IMG/VR virus record: IMGVR_UViG_3300008267_000018
Span: 20,613-84,612 of that record
Length of the DNA: 64,000 nt
Reading direction: 5' to 3' (one strand)
Source: a virus
Part shown: piece after piece, positions 54,156-63,558 of the stretch
Numbering within the stretch: position 1 is the stretch's first letter
How the letters are laid out: each line of letters begins with the position of its first letter
Notes under the pieces: generated by a model
What the model saw: the letters and a program-made list of their open reading frames with translations, nothing else
Databases searched by the model: none
Told to the model about the DNA's origin: nothing
Made by a program: the position numbers and the translations under genes

Positions 54156-54748
54156 GCTGATTCGTCAAGTTCGATAAGGCGGTTTAGATACCACTGAGCT
54201 TTTTTCAGTGACTCTACACCGCCTTTTTGGCGTTCACGCCACTGGTACTTTACGCAATTCCCCTTAAGGTAACCACGGTATTCTTCTGGAGTGAGCTGAG
54301 CCTCAATTGCTTCGATGCACTCGATTGCACCAGAAGCGTAATGAGGGGGATGATTTACCAAGTCAATGGGTGCGTCCATATCCACAGCGATAATAGTGTT
54401 TTCACCAGGGAAGTTTGAGTTCCTGTCTTTAGTCAGGAACTCAGCACTAGCAAAAGCTTCGACGCCTTTTGCCCATGGCACAGGACAAACCCCATCCTTG
54501 CAACCCGTATCCTCTTCTACTGGAGCGAAGAAATCTTTCCAGTCCTTCAGCGCATCAGTCCCTTGCGGCGCAGGGATAGATTTTTTTCCTTGTCCGGTAC
54601 TGCTTCCAATTCCAATACCAGTGCCTTGGGTTTTGGAGATGAGCTTGGGTACTGGGAGAGAGCTTCCTCCATTGAGGGAATCAGTCCCGTCGTTCCGGGC
54701 CGTCCACCCTCGATTGCCAGATTTGTCCTCGGCCTGTCGTCCTGACAT
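54143..54748 (-). CDS. DUF3310 (T7 gp1.7/SaV-like) protein
   Basis: DLVNHPPHY..GAIECIEAI...GYLKGNCVKYQWR..KGG.ESLKKAQWYL. Confidence 0.8.
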   Translation of the reverse strand: MSGRQAEDKSGNRGWTARNDGTDSLNGGSSLPVPKLISKTQGTGIGIGSSTGQGKKSIPAPQGTDALKDWKDFFAPVEEDTGCKDGVCPVPWAKGVEAFASAEFLTKDRNSNFPGENTIIAVDMDAPIDLVNHPPHYASGAIECIEAIEAQLTPEEYRGYLKGNCVKYQWRERQKGGVESLKKAQWYLNRLIELDESAQKG

Positions 54749-54903
54749 GCAACTAATCCTCGGTTGTACTGATCATATAATGGCACATCATTTTCATCAT
54801 TGGCGAGAGGCGCACCAAACGTTTCAAGAGATAAACAGCGACACATCACTTCGTCGTAAACGTTTTGATCCCAGAACGGATCGGAGTCCATGTATTGATG
54901 CAT
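54547..54903 (-). CDS. hypothetical protein overlapping the DUF3310 gene
   Basis: MHQYMDSDPF...; 202-nt same-strand overlap. Confidence 0.55.
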   Translation of the reverse strand: MHQYMDSDPFWDQNVYDEVMCRCLSLETFGAPLANDENDVPLYDQYNRGLVACQDDRPRTNLAIEGGRPGTTGLIPSMEEALSQYPSSSPKPKALVLELEAVPDKEKNLSLRRKGLMR

Positions 54904-54967
54904 GATATAAAACCTTTGTGTTGGCTCTAGTACAATATTATCACGGACATTGTGGGTTAAATATTCA

Positions 54968-55273
54968 ATGCAGCGACGTGGGGTAACTACAGGTAGCTCT
55001 GGTGCTGAGCTTAGTGATCTCAATCCTGAGCACAGTTACGACATCGATATTCGGCGCCTGGATCCAGAAGAGCGTCAAGTGGCTGAACGTTCAAATGCAG
55101 CACAACCTGGGATTGCAAAATATTTTCGTGCCGCTAAAGCTGCCGGTAAGTTTCAACAGTCAAGTCAAATAAATGAACCCACCTCAGCCTATCAAGGAGA
55201 CAGGATTGGCCGAGGTGGGAGTACTAATTATGCCGATAAACCTACCGAGCAATTCGGCAAGTACTTTGGTTAA
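54968..55273 (+). CDS. hypothetical protein
   Basis: TACAAT upstream; start adjusted to ATG 54968. Confidence 0.6.
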   Translation: MQRRGVTTGSSGAELSDLNPEHSYDIDIRRLDPEERQVAERSNAAQPGIAKYFRAAKAAGKFQQSSQINEPTSAYQGDRIGRGGSTNYADKPTEQFGKYFG

Positions 55274-55857
55274 ACCTGGCTATACACAACTTCGTAGGGC
55301 TGGTTTTGGTACTTACCCTTGCGATCTTGATAGCTTGTTCTGCAAGGTTCCCCACGATAAAACAGAAGTTGCGTAATACCTTCGTTAGCATAAATACGAT
55401 TAAACAAGCCAGTGCAGTTACTAATTTCAAGAGTGAGGTGGCCCTCCCAAGCTGCTTCTGCAGGCGTAATATTTACCAATATACCTGATCGGGCATACGT
55501 AGATTTGCCGACTGCCACAACAGTTACATCACGGGGAAGTTTAATGTGTTCCATGGCAACGCCCAGGCAGTAACCGTAGGGAGGCAAAAGAAAGTACTCG
55601 CCTTTCTCATCTTCTAGTAACTCGGCTGGTTTCAGAATATTTTCATCAAATGCTTTGGGATCGCAGTCGCCTGCCTGGATCTTACCAAAGATCAAACACT
55701 GCTTGGGAGAAAGGCGAATATCGTACCCATAAGAACTGAGACCATAGCTTAAAAGCTTGCGGCCATCTTCTTTACTGACCAGGCGATCAACAAAGGGTGA
55801 AATCATCTGATGCTTTTCAGCAAGCTCTTTGATTTCCCAGTCAGCAAGGACGCTCAT
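55270..55857 (-). CDS. dcd: dCTP deaminase
   Basis: SYGLSSYGYDIRL, GKSTYARSG, TPAEAAWEG.LTLE, SY.DRKGKYQNQ. Confidence 0.95.
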   Translation of the reverse strand: MSVLADWEIKELAEKHQMISPFVDRLVSKEDGRKLLSYGLSSYGYDIRLSPKQCLIFGKIQAGDCDPKAFDENILKPAELLEDEKGEYFLLPPYGYCLGVAMEHIKLPRDVTVVAVGKSTYARSGILVNITPAEAAWEGHLTLEISNCTGLFNRIYANEGITQLLFYRGEPCRTSYQDRKGKYQNQPYEVVYSQV

Positions 55858-55890
55858 AATGGTCAGCAATCGTCTTTCAGTATATCGAAC

Positions 55891-56478
55891 CTAGGCAAGT
55901 ACTCGGCCTTTTTCGCTGTAAATGTCAATAAATTTTTGAGTGGCCGCAGCGGAATTATTCATTGGTTGCAGATACACCAGAAAGGAAGTGCACGTTTTAT
56001 GAACTGTCACACCAGTGCTTGAATTACGAAACAGTCTTGGTGGTGTTTTTAAAATGCACATAGGAAAATCAAAGATCCGCTGGTCGTAACGAATCATTTC
56101 TAAGCAATTTGTAAAGTACAGCCCCTGTTCAATATTTCCGTTTAGCCAGTTACCGTACAGCTTTTTGAACCAGAGGGCATGAGAGGAGATCAAGGTAGGA
56201 GACGTAGCTCTTGTTTTTTTCCACCTGTCATTTTTTTTATCCCAGAAGTAGGTGCCGCTTGGTGGAAACAAATAAACTTTGCCAAACCAGTCTTGGCAAT
56301 TGATCGCGTCATCCTGTGGTGTGTAATACTTGTCGGCATTGACATACTCATTTGCCACCTTGGAACTGGCAACATCTAAATCAATGTTCCCAAGTAGTGC
56401 ATGGGCAGCTTGCACCAAGTCTTTGTTGGTGATAAGCTCAATGTCTTCAACGCTTTTTCTAATGTCTGGAATTGACAT
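55891..56478 (-). CDS. phage N6-adenine DNA methyltransferase-like protein with degenerate catalytic motif
   Basis: IDLDVASS..AN..V.A.KYYT..DDAI...WFGKVYLFPPSG; FPPS where NPPY is expected. Confidence 0.65.
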   Translation of the reverse strand: MSIPDIRKSVEDIELITNKDLVQAAHALLGNIDLDVASSKVANEYVNADKYYTPQDDAINCQDWFGKVYLFPPSGTYFWDKKNDRWKKTRATSPTLISSHALWFKKLYGNWLNGNIEQGLYFTNCLEMIRYDQRIFDFPMCILKTPPRLFRNSSTGVTVHKTCTSFLVYLQPMNNSAAATQKFIDIYSEKGRVLA

Positions 56479-56864
56479 CAGTCCTCTGCAACTTTGTTGT
56501 AATCCACTTCAAAATACCGAATGCCATCATGGTCATTGATGACGTAACCAGCTTTTTCTGTTGGATCAATCTTTTGTGCAGCTTCAAGAATGCGTCGGAA
56601 GCTCTCGGCTAAATCACCATTATTGCCTCGTTCGCACTCTTCTTGTGCGCTATGGATTTCTTTGAGTGTCCAAAAGAACATAGAACGTTCTTCGTTGTCA
56701 GGTTGAAAGACCATCACACCTGGGCCTTCGTGATCCCAGAATTGAGAATATTGTTGGCCCATATCACCAAGGATTAAACGCACTGTTGCATTTAGCATGC
56801 GTGCCTTGGTTTGATCCATGTCAGGACCAATGGTTGCCGCAATTAGTTTTTCACGCCTGCCCAT
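56478..56864 (-). CDS. hypothetical protein
   Basis: 128-aa coupled ORF. Confidence 0.65.
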   Translation of the reverse strand: MGRREKLIAATIGPDMDQTKARMLNATVRLILGDMGQQYSQFWDHEGPGVMVFQPDNEERSMFFWTLKEIHSAQEECERGNNGDLAESFRRILEAAQKIDPTEKAGYVINDHDGIRYFEVDYNKVAED

Positions 56865-57321
56865 GATTTAACAAATGCTGTCGGTTTAAGGAATCAAGAA
56901 GCTTTGGTAGTGGCTGGTAGATGACAACAAGCTTGCCAAGGTTGCCACGTTTTTTAACAAGCTTACCCCTTTCGTCTCTTAGTTTATCAAATTCACCCGA
57001 CCGAATTAGGTATTCGGCTACGCAACGTAAACGACGCTTAAGGGGTAATTCAGCTAACGGAAATTTACCACAGATTGTGTCCGGTTTCATGTCTTTGAAT
57101 GCCAATCGCAAGCGATTTGCTAATGTCATATTGGAATTGGCGTCTTCCTCTTCATAGTTCCTGATGATTTCCAGGTAACGCCTGAGGCATTTATCATCAA
57201 ACGACCCATTGGGCGGCAAGAAGTCACTGACTTGTAGTGCGACAGAGGAAGGAAGCAACTCCTCATGGTTTTTGATAGTGACAACATCAATATCAACTCC
57301 TTCTAGACGATGTGTTCTCAA
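56851..57321 (-). CDS. hypothetical protein, possibly winged helix
   Basis: 156-aa coupled ORF. Confidence 0.65.
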   Translation of the reverse strand: MRTHRLEGVDIDVVTIKNHEELLPSSVALQVSDFLPPNGSFDDKCLRRYLEIIRNYEEEDANSNMTLANRLRLAFKDMKPDTICGKFPLAELPLKRRLRCVAEYLIRSGEFDKLRDERGKLVKKRGNLGKLVVIYQPLPKLLDSLNRQHLLNHGQA

Positions 57322-57728
57322 GGTAACGGCCCCCGGTCAACAAGGGTATACATATCAGTTCTCCTAAAATCAAGCTGAGTAATTTCTTTATTTTTAGCAA
57401 AAGAAGCCACAAGTTGATTCCAGGGAATTCGGATGACCGCTTTTTTTGCTGGATCCGGAGTTACGTTGACATAATGAATACCTTCCGTCCAACCTTTATC
57501 AGGGTTTTTCTTGCCTGAAGAAATCCAATTCCTGATTGTTTGGTCAGAAATTCCAAGGCGTTGAGCGCATTCTTCTGTCGATATATACTCATCGGTGAAT
57601 GCTTCTGGATTAACAATGTCAGTTTCTCCGTTGGCGTAACGAGCATGCCACATGGAGGCAAGAATATTCCGTATGCCTTTTAGTTCTTTCGCAATATCTT
57701 CCAAGCCTTTTCTAAGTCCATGATTCAT
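57318..57728 (-). CDS. excisionase-like HTH protein
   Basis: YISTEECAQRLGISDQTIRNWI...WTEGIHY. Confidence 0.7.
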   Translation of the reverse strand: MNHGLRKGLEDIAKELKGIRNILASMWHARYANGETDIVNPEAFTDEYISTEECAQRLGISDQTIRNWISSGKKNPDKGWTEGIHYVNVTPDPAKKAVIRIPWNQLVASFAKNKEITQLDFRRTDMYTLVDRGPLP

Positions 57729-57783
57729 TGGCGTACCTCTTTTGTTTATATGCTAAGGTGTGGGGAAGCGTTCTGCATAGTAA

Positions 57784-58137
57784 ATGGAAGATCAAATTCC
57801 TTCTAGCATTCCTCCCCAAAACCAAGCTCAACTCAATGAGCTACCGCCTGACTTCCTGGAACAACTAAAGGCACGTGCCAGGGAAGAGGCCGTACGTCAA
57901 ACAGTCTTGAAGCAACAAATGGCGCAGGTTGAATCACAGGTATCTAGACAGTCAGTCCCTGCTCCCCCCGTTGAAGTTGCGACTCCTCAGCCGAGCGTTG
58001 TTTACATTCGGCGTAATTTAACCGTTGCCGAATTGATTGTTGTGTTTGCTATTGCCTGTGGACTTGTAACAGGCATTCAAGCAATTTGGAATACTGGCTC
58101 CAGGTTTTTACCAAGCATTGAAATCCGCGTAAAATAA
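57784..58137 (+). CDS. membrane-anchored hypothetical protein
   Basis: LKARAREEA...RRNLTVAELIVVFAIACGLVTGIQ. Confidence 0.65.
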   Translation: MEDQIPSSIPPQNQAQLNELPPDFLEQLKARAREEAVRQTVLKQQMAQVESQVSRQSVPAPPVEVATPQPSVVYIRRNLTVAELIVVFAIACGLVTGIQAIWNTGSRFLPSIEIRVK

Positions 58138-58189
58138 ATTAAACACAGGTCAACTATAATTTATTTTATAGGATTTTGTGGCTTGGTAG

Positions 58190-60781
58190 GTGGCTAATAG
58201 GCGCGTAACAGAACTGCCAGCTATTTCGTTTGTTGAGATCAGCGACAACGATCTCTTGATGGTCGTTGATGTTGCCGAAGTTGACCCCGGTCTAAAAAAT
58301 AAGAAGTTTACATTTGCCAACACCAAAGACTACCTCAATCAGTACTACCTGCAATTGGCTGGTGGCACTATTGCAGGTTCTTTGGTTGTTAGCAACAGTT
58401 TAACTGTTAGTGGTGTTTTTAATCCGCAAAATATTCAAGTCAGCGGCGTAGGTACTTTTGCAAATATTGTTGTTACAGGTAATGCAGAAGTACAGACTAC
58501 GTTAAGCGGAAATACTATTACAGGCACTTCGCTGCTTGGCGTTAATGTTAATGCCGTTAACTTTTATGGTATTACAGGATCTATTGGTGAACTTAGTGTT
58601 GGAACAGGTAATTTTGTTCGTATTAGCGGCGTAACAATAACTGGTTCTACTGGTCGATTTCAAACTCTAACCGGTCAGTCTATAAGTGGTGCAACCGGTA
58701 TTTTTTCCAGTATTACGGGCACTAACATTACTGGGGTAAATGGTGTATTTACCACTCAGCTTTCAGGTGCAGTTGTCACTGGAGATACCATAAGAGCATC
58801 TAGTATCACAGGTGTTTTAGGTGTATTCACTTCAAGTGTTTCTGGTGCGACTGTAACGGGAAATACAGTTCTTGGTAGTAATATCACGGGTGTATCCGGT
58901 GTCTTTACAACTCAAATTTCTGGTGGAGTTGTTACCGGAAACACCGGCTTGTTTGCAAATCTTACTGGTATTTCTGGAACATTTACCAGTCGTGTTTCTG
59001 GTACTACGGTTACAGGAGCTAGTGGTTCATTTGGACGTGTCAATGGAGTTACGGGTGTTTTTACATCTGTTTTATCTGGCGATACAATTACCGGAAATTC
59101 AGGTTTCTTTGGATCAATTACAGGAGTAACTGGAGATTTTGATTTTGGTGCATTTTACACACTTGCTGCTCTTACAGGATATGTTTTTAATTTAGAAAGC
59201 GATTCCGGTAATTTTCTTTATGTTGTTTCGGGTGCTACCATCACCGGTCAGACCGGTTTATTTACAACAGTAACTGCCGCAACTGGTATCTTTACGGATA
59301 CTCTTGCAATTCCAACAATCACAACGACCGGTGATATTGACGCCAGTGGTAGTTTAACTATCTTTGGAAGTGGTGTTTTTGGTTCCGGTTTAACTGTTAG
59401 TGGAATAATCTCTGGCCAAACAGTCACTGGCTCTACGGGTAATTTTAATGTTATCAACGCTAATCAAATCTATGGTGCAACGTTTATTTCTGGTACAACC
59501 GTAACAGGAGCATCGGGTTCTTTTTCTAGAGTAACAGCCATTAGTGGCGTTTTTACTAACAACTTAAGTGGCACAACAATTACCGGCAATACTATAGACG
59601 CAACGACCGGTAATTTTGTTACTGGTATTTTTAATGTTATTTCTGGTGCAAACATAACTGGTAACATTGGACGCTTTACAACAGTTACTGGTATATCTGG
59701 AGTCTTTACTTCTCAGCTTTCAGGAACTCTTATTACTGGTGTCACTGGATCTTTTGCAAACGTTAATGCAGTAAGTGGCACATTTACAGATCGCGTCTCT
59801 GGCGCTATCATCACGGGAGACGCAGGTCGTTTTAGTAATATCACTGGCGTCTCTGGCGTCTTTACCTCTAGCATTTCAGGCGCAACCGTCACTGGCGCGG
59901 CAGGTAATTTTGGCACTGTCACAGGTGTTTCTGGCGTCTTTACGGCCCAGGTTTCGGGTGCAACGGTTACCGGAAATGTAGGTATTTTCACCCGAATCAC
60001 GGGTATTAGTGGTGCCTTTACAGCTCAGCTTTCTGGACAGAACGTCTTTGGTGAAAACGCTACCTTTAACTACATTACCGGTAGCACCAGGGTTGAAGGC
60101 GGAACCGTATCTGGTGTTACGGTAACTGGTAATACAGGTCTCTTTGGTAACCTGACAGCTGCTACTGGCAACTTCACATCTAGAGTCTCCGGTGCTTACA
60201 TAACAGGTGCAACGATTGAAGCAGTAACTGTTAATGCAATTACAGGTAACTTTACGGTCGCAAACTTTACGCAAACAACAACGGGCAATATTCAGGCCAG
60301 TGGTAGTGGCATTTTTGGCAGTGGTGTTTTTACAAGTGGAATTGTTTCAGGTGGTATTTATTACGCTAGTGGCGGTGTTGTTGTTATCTCTGGCCCAGGT
60401 GACGTTCGCCCATATGGTTTATACAGTTTTCCAAATAGTCTGGGTATTTCTGGCTACATCCTTTCTACAAATGCAAATGGAACCACCAGCTGGCTTCCTG
60501 CGCCAGGCAAAGAAGAGAATGTTGTTGTTGTATCAGGAAACGTAACAACTAGCGGGAATACGTACTACGTCTTGATTAGCGGTGCATCCTTAACGCTGCC
60601 TGGAACTCCCGTTAGCGGTAATTATGTGGGCATTATCAACAGGAGCAGCACAACAACTGGATTAATTTTAAGGAACGGAAGTAATATAATGGGTGTAGCA
60701 GATGATTTACAGATCGACGATTTAAACGCTCGTTTTAGGTTGATCTACGCAGATTCTTCACAAGGTTGGGTGATTGACTAA
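58190..60781 (+). CDS. tail fibre with G/T/S-rich repeats of about 20 aa
   Basis: MANRRVTELP..DLLMVVD anchor; repeated SGATITG..G.F..ITGVSGVFT. Confidence 0.75.
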   Translation: MANRRVTELPAISFVEISDNDLLMVVDVAEVDPGLKNKKFTFANTKDYLNQYYLQLAGGTIAGSLVVSNSLTVSGVFNPQNIQVSGVGTFANIVVTGNAEVQTTLSGNTITGTSLLGVNVNAVNFYGITGSIGELSVGTGNFVRISGVTITGSTGRFQTLTGQSISGATGIFSSITGTNITGVNGVFTTQLSGAVVTGDTIRASSITGVLGVFTSSVSGATVTGNTVLGSNITGVSGVFTTQISGGVVTGNTGLFANLTGISGTFTSRVSGTTVTGASGSFGRVNGVTGVFTSVLSGDTITGNSGFFGSITGVTGDFDFGAFYTLAALTGYVFNLESDSGNFLYVVSGATITGQTGLFTTVTAATGIFTDTLAIPTITTTGDIDASGSLTIFGSGVFGSGLTVSGIISGQTVTGSTGNFNVINANQIYGATFISGTTVTGASGSFSRVTAISGVFTNNLSGTTITGNTIDATTGNFVTGIFNVISGANITGNIGRFTTVTGISGVFTSQLSGTLITGVTGSFANVNAVSGTFTDRVSGAIITGDAGRFSNITGVSGVFTSSISGATVTGAAGNFGTVTGVSGVFTAQVSGATVTGNVGIFTRITGISGAFTAQLSGQNVFGENATFNYITGSTRVEGGTVSGVTVTGNTGLFGNLTAATGNFTSRVSGAYITGATIEAVTVNAITGNFTVANFTQTTTGNIQASGSGIFGSGVFTSGIVSGGIYYASGGVVVISGPGDVRPYGLYSFPNSLGISGYILSTNANGTTSWLPAPGKEENVVVVSGNVTTSGNTYYVLISGASLTLPGTPVSGNYVGIINRSSTTTGLILRNGSNIMGVADDLQIDDLNARFRLIYADSSQGWVID

Positions 60782-62769
60782 TGGCCATTAAATATAGCTC
60801 TTACGATTCCAGTAGCGGTAATATTTTTTCACTGGTTACAATCACTGGCCAGAGCGGTGTCTTCACGTCTCAGGTTTCTGGCGCTACCATCACAGGTAAT
60901 GCGGGTCAATTTACCACTATCACTGGTGGTACTGCACAATTCACCAACATCACGGGTGTTTCTGGTACGTTTACAAGCCGGATCTCTGGCGCCACGGTAA
61001 CTGGCACGTCTGGTCAATTCACGACTCTTACTGCAACTACTGGCGTTTTTACAACTAGTATTTCTGGAGCCACTATTTCTGGCGACCTTGGCTTGTTTGG
61101 TACCATTAGTGGCAGCCAAGGCTTTTTTAGCTCTAGTCTTTCTGTTCCCAGTGGCACTGCTAGTAGCCCATCTATTAGTTTTAACGAGGACTCAAACACC
61201 GGCATCTATTCACCAGGCGCAGACCAAGTAGCCATCAGCACTAATGGCACTGGGCGTCTCTCCGTAGATGCAAACGGCAATGTCGCCGTCGACACTAATA
61301 CGCTCTATGTTGATGCCGTCAATAACAGAGTAGCGATTGGCACTACGAGCCCTGGGGGGACGCTTGACATTAAAGCTGCAGCATCAACTGCACCGCTTAT
61401 TGTCCAAGGACCCTCCAGCGAGTTTGCCCGAATCGACTCCAGCGGCAGGCTCTTAGTTGGTACGTCTAGTGCGTCTGGGGCGGCAATTCTCCAGGTGCAA
61501 ACACCAACTACATTATCTACAACGTCAGACGATGGCGTTGTTTTTAGCAATGCCTCCACAAAAACTTACCCAACCACATCCAACTTTACGGTAACTGCAG
61601 GGTTTGATCAAAATATAGAGCTTGGCACTGCTCAAACAGTAGATACAGTGACGCCCGGTGGATTTAACTTTGTTTTTGGGCAACGACACACATTTACCAA
61701 ATCTGCCGGCAATACTCAAGACATTGTGAGGCTTTTGTTTTCCGGTTTTAGCCAGACTTTTAACTGGGCAGATGCTAATACATGCCAACAATATATAGGA
61801 TTTTCAGATACTTTTAACTATCAAGGTATTGATGCCAATAGCCGCACGTCTGGCGCCCTGTTTGCCACTACCTTGAACCTTCTCCCTCCGAATGGTGGTA
61901 CGCAAACTATTGCGAACACACAGGGAACAGGCGCCACAGCACTGAGCACGACCGCTTCATCTGCCACCATTAACATAGCTACTGGTTTAGGTGTCACACC
62001 TAACCTTAACTTTCGGGCGAACACGTCTGGAACACTCACAGCAAACATAACAAGCTACACTTTCCTTGGTACTAACACTAGTTGGGGTGCAGTCGCCTCA
62101 GGTACTGCTACTATTAATGCAACCATCACAAACCTTTATGGTTTGCGCCTCATTGCTCCATCTTCTTCTACTGGTTTAACAGTTACAAACAACTGGGGTA
62201 TCCGCCAAGAGTGGAGTAGCGCCAAAAACTGGTTTGCTGGTGCATCCAACCAGTTCCCTAATATCACCACAACAGCTTCGGGTGCCAACGCTTTCCTAGA
62301 CAGTGCTGATTCCAACAGGCTGTACAGGTCTACTTCTTCCATTGTCTACAAGAGAGATGTCGAGAACCTAGACCACGCACTTGCAGATAACATTCACCAG
62401 TTCCGCCCTGTCTGGTACAGGTCAAACTGTGCAGCCGACTGTCAGGACTGGTCGTGGTTTGGTTTAATTGCAGAAGAAGTTGCCGCAATCGAGCCACGCC
62501 TTGTCCATTACGGCTACCAGGAAGACGCCTATGAACTGGTCGATGTTACCGAGACAGTTGAGCTGCAACCTGACGACCCTCGCCGTGAGTCGGGAGAAGA
62601 AACAGAGGAAGTCACCAAGCAAGAGCGCCGTCTTAAAGATGACGCCCAGCAAGTTCCAAACGGTGTGGCTTACGACCGCCTGACAGTCCTTCTGCTTGAT
62701 GTTGTGCAGCGCCAGGAGGATCGGATTAAGGATCTTGAAGCTAGGTTATCTGCTCTTGAGACTGCGTAG
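60781..62769 (+). CDS. tail fibre / receptor-binding protein with C-terminal intramolecular chaperone (peptidase S74)
   Basis: GTASSPSISF..DSNTGIYSPGADQVAIST; SSIVYKRDVE, GLIAEEV, VAYDRL, terminal coiled coil. Confidence 0.85.
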   Translation: MAIKYSSYDSSSGNIFSLVTITGQSGVFTSQVSGATITGNAGQFTTITGGTAQFTNITGVSGTFTSRISGATVTGTSGQFTTLTATTGVFTTSISGATISGDLGLFGTISGSQGFFSSSLSVPSGTASSPSISFNEDSNTGIYSPGADQVAISTNGTGRLSVDANGNVAVDTNTLYVDAVNNRVAIGTTSPGGTLDIKAAASTAPLIVQGPSSEFARIDSSGRLLVGTSSASGAAILQVQTPTTLSTTSDDGVVFSNASTKTYPTTSNFTVTAGFDQNIELGTAQTVDTVTPGGFNFVFGQRHTFTKSAGNTQDIVRLLFSGFSQTFNWADANTCQQYIGFSDTFNYQGIDANSRTSGALFATTLNLLPPNGGTQTIANTQGTGATALSTTASSATINIATGLGVTPNLNFRANTSGTLTANITSYTFLGTNTSWGAVASGTATINATITNLYGLRLIAPSSSTGLTVTNNWGIRQEWSSAKNWFAGASNQFPNITTTASGANAFLDSADSNRLYRSTSSIVYKRDVENLDHALADNIHQFRPVWYRSNCAADCQDWSWFGLIAEEVAAIEPRLVHYGYQEDAYELVDVTETVELQPDDPRRESGEETEEVTKQERRLKDDAQQVPNGVAYDRLTVLLLDVVQRQEDRIKDLEARLSALETA

Positions 62770-62783
62770 TCCCCTTCTCCTCT

Positions 62784-62867
62784 ATGCCTGAATCTTCGAT
62801 CACGCCACCGTCGGAACTTGTTGAGAAATGGCTGGCATACCTGTAACACAAGCCGCGCAGTGGGCAG
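62784..62867 (+). pseudogene. remnant of an 'ITPPPEL' family gene
   Basis: MPESSITPPSELVEKWLAYL*, then QAAQW shortly after. Confidence 0.5.
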
Positions 62868-62988
62868 GCAATACAAGCGAAGTGATCTGGAAACACTATG
62901 CCGGAAGTACAAAAGATTATGAAATGCCAGTTTTATAATTAGATTTTTGTTTATGTAAATAAGGCTAGAATAAGAAAAAACATCTGTC

Positions 62989-63312
62989 ATGGCTAACACT
63001 ATTTGGGACATTGCTCAGCTTGAGCGTCATCTGCCTGATGGGGAAACCTGTCCTGACGGTGCTATTTACACCGTGCATTGGACAGCTTCCCTAGAGGAAA
63101 ATGGTGAGGCTGCCGGTGCGTATGGCAGTGTTGGCCTTGGTGATCCAGACCCAGATAATTTCACTCCCTTTAGTGAGCTGACAAAAGAAGAAGTCATTAA
63201 CTGGACACTTTCGGCTATTGGTATTGATCAAGTTGTTTCTATTGAAGAAGCACTTCACAATCAAATCCAGCAAAAACTAAATCCAACATCCGCAGCCGGT
63301 GTCCCTTGGTGA
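62989..63312 (+). CDS. tail-fibre-associated small protein
   Basis: WDIAQLER..DGAIYTVHW..GAYGSVGL..F.PFSELT.EEVINW..AAGVPW. Confidence 0.7.
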   Translation: MANTIWDIAQLERHLPDGETCPDGAIYTVHWTASLEENGEAAGAYGSVGLGDPDPDNFTPFSELTKEEVINWTLSAIGIDQVVSIEEALHNQIQQKLNPTSAAGVPW

Positions 63313-63339
63313 TAGTATTTGTAAAGTCACCTGTTTAAA

Positions 63340-63516
63340 ATGACCTGCAAAAAGTCTGAACTTATCTCTGCCATCAATTCATTTGGTTCTGCACGTGCTA
63401 CCGGCGATGGTAATCTCATTGCTTTTGCTGGTAATTTGATTGGCCAACTTATTGAAACCCTTGAGTTTGGCTCAGAAGAACCTGTTGAAACGGCAGAGAC
63501 TGAAGTCGTTGAGTGA
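63340..63516 (+). CDS. small protein (58 aa, MTCKKSELISAINSFGSAR...)
   Basis: read manually. Confidence 0.6.
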   Translation: MTCKKSELISAINSFGSARATGDGNLIAFAGNLIGQLIETLEFGSEEPVETAETEVVE

Positions 63517-63558
63517 TTTGGTACACCTGATCTAGAGTTAATAAAAAGCTCTAGGTCG

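Noticed and set aside
48950-57728. Excisionase-like HTH genes as evidence of a prophage
   Set aside because: No integrase, att site or host genes appear in the window; such HTH proteins are common in lytic phages.
58500-61110. Repetitive DNA as a CRISPR array or DGR
   Set aside because: These are in-frame degenerate peptide repeats of tail fibres; there are no identical repeats with spacers and no reverse transcriptase.
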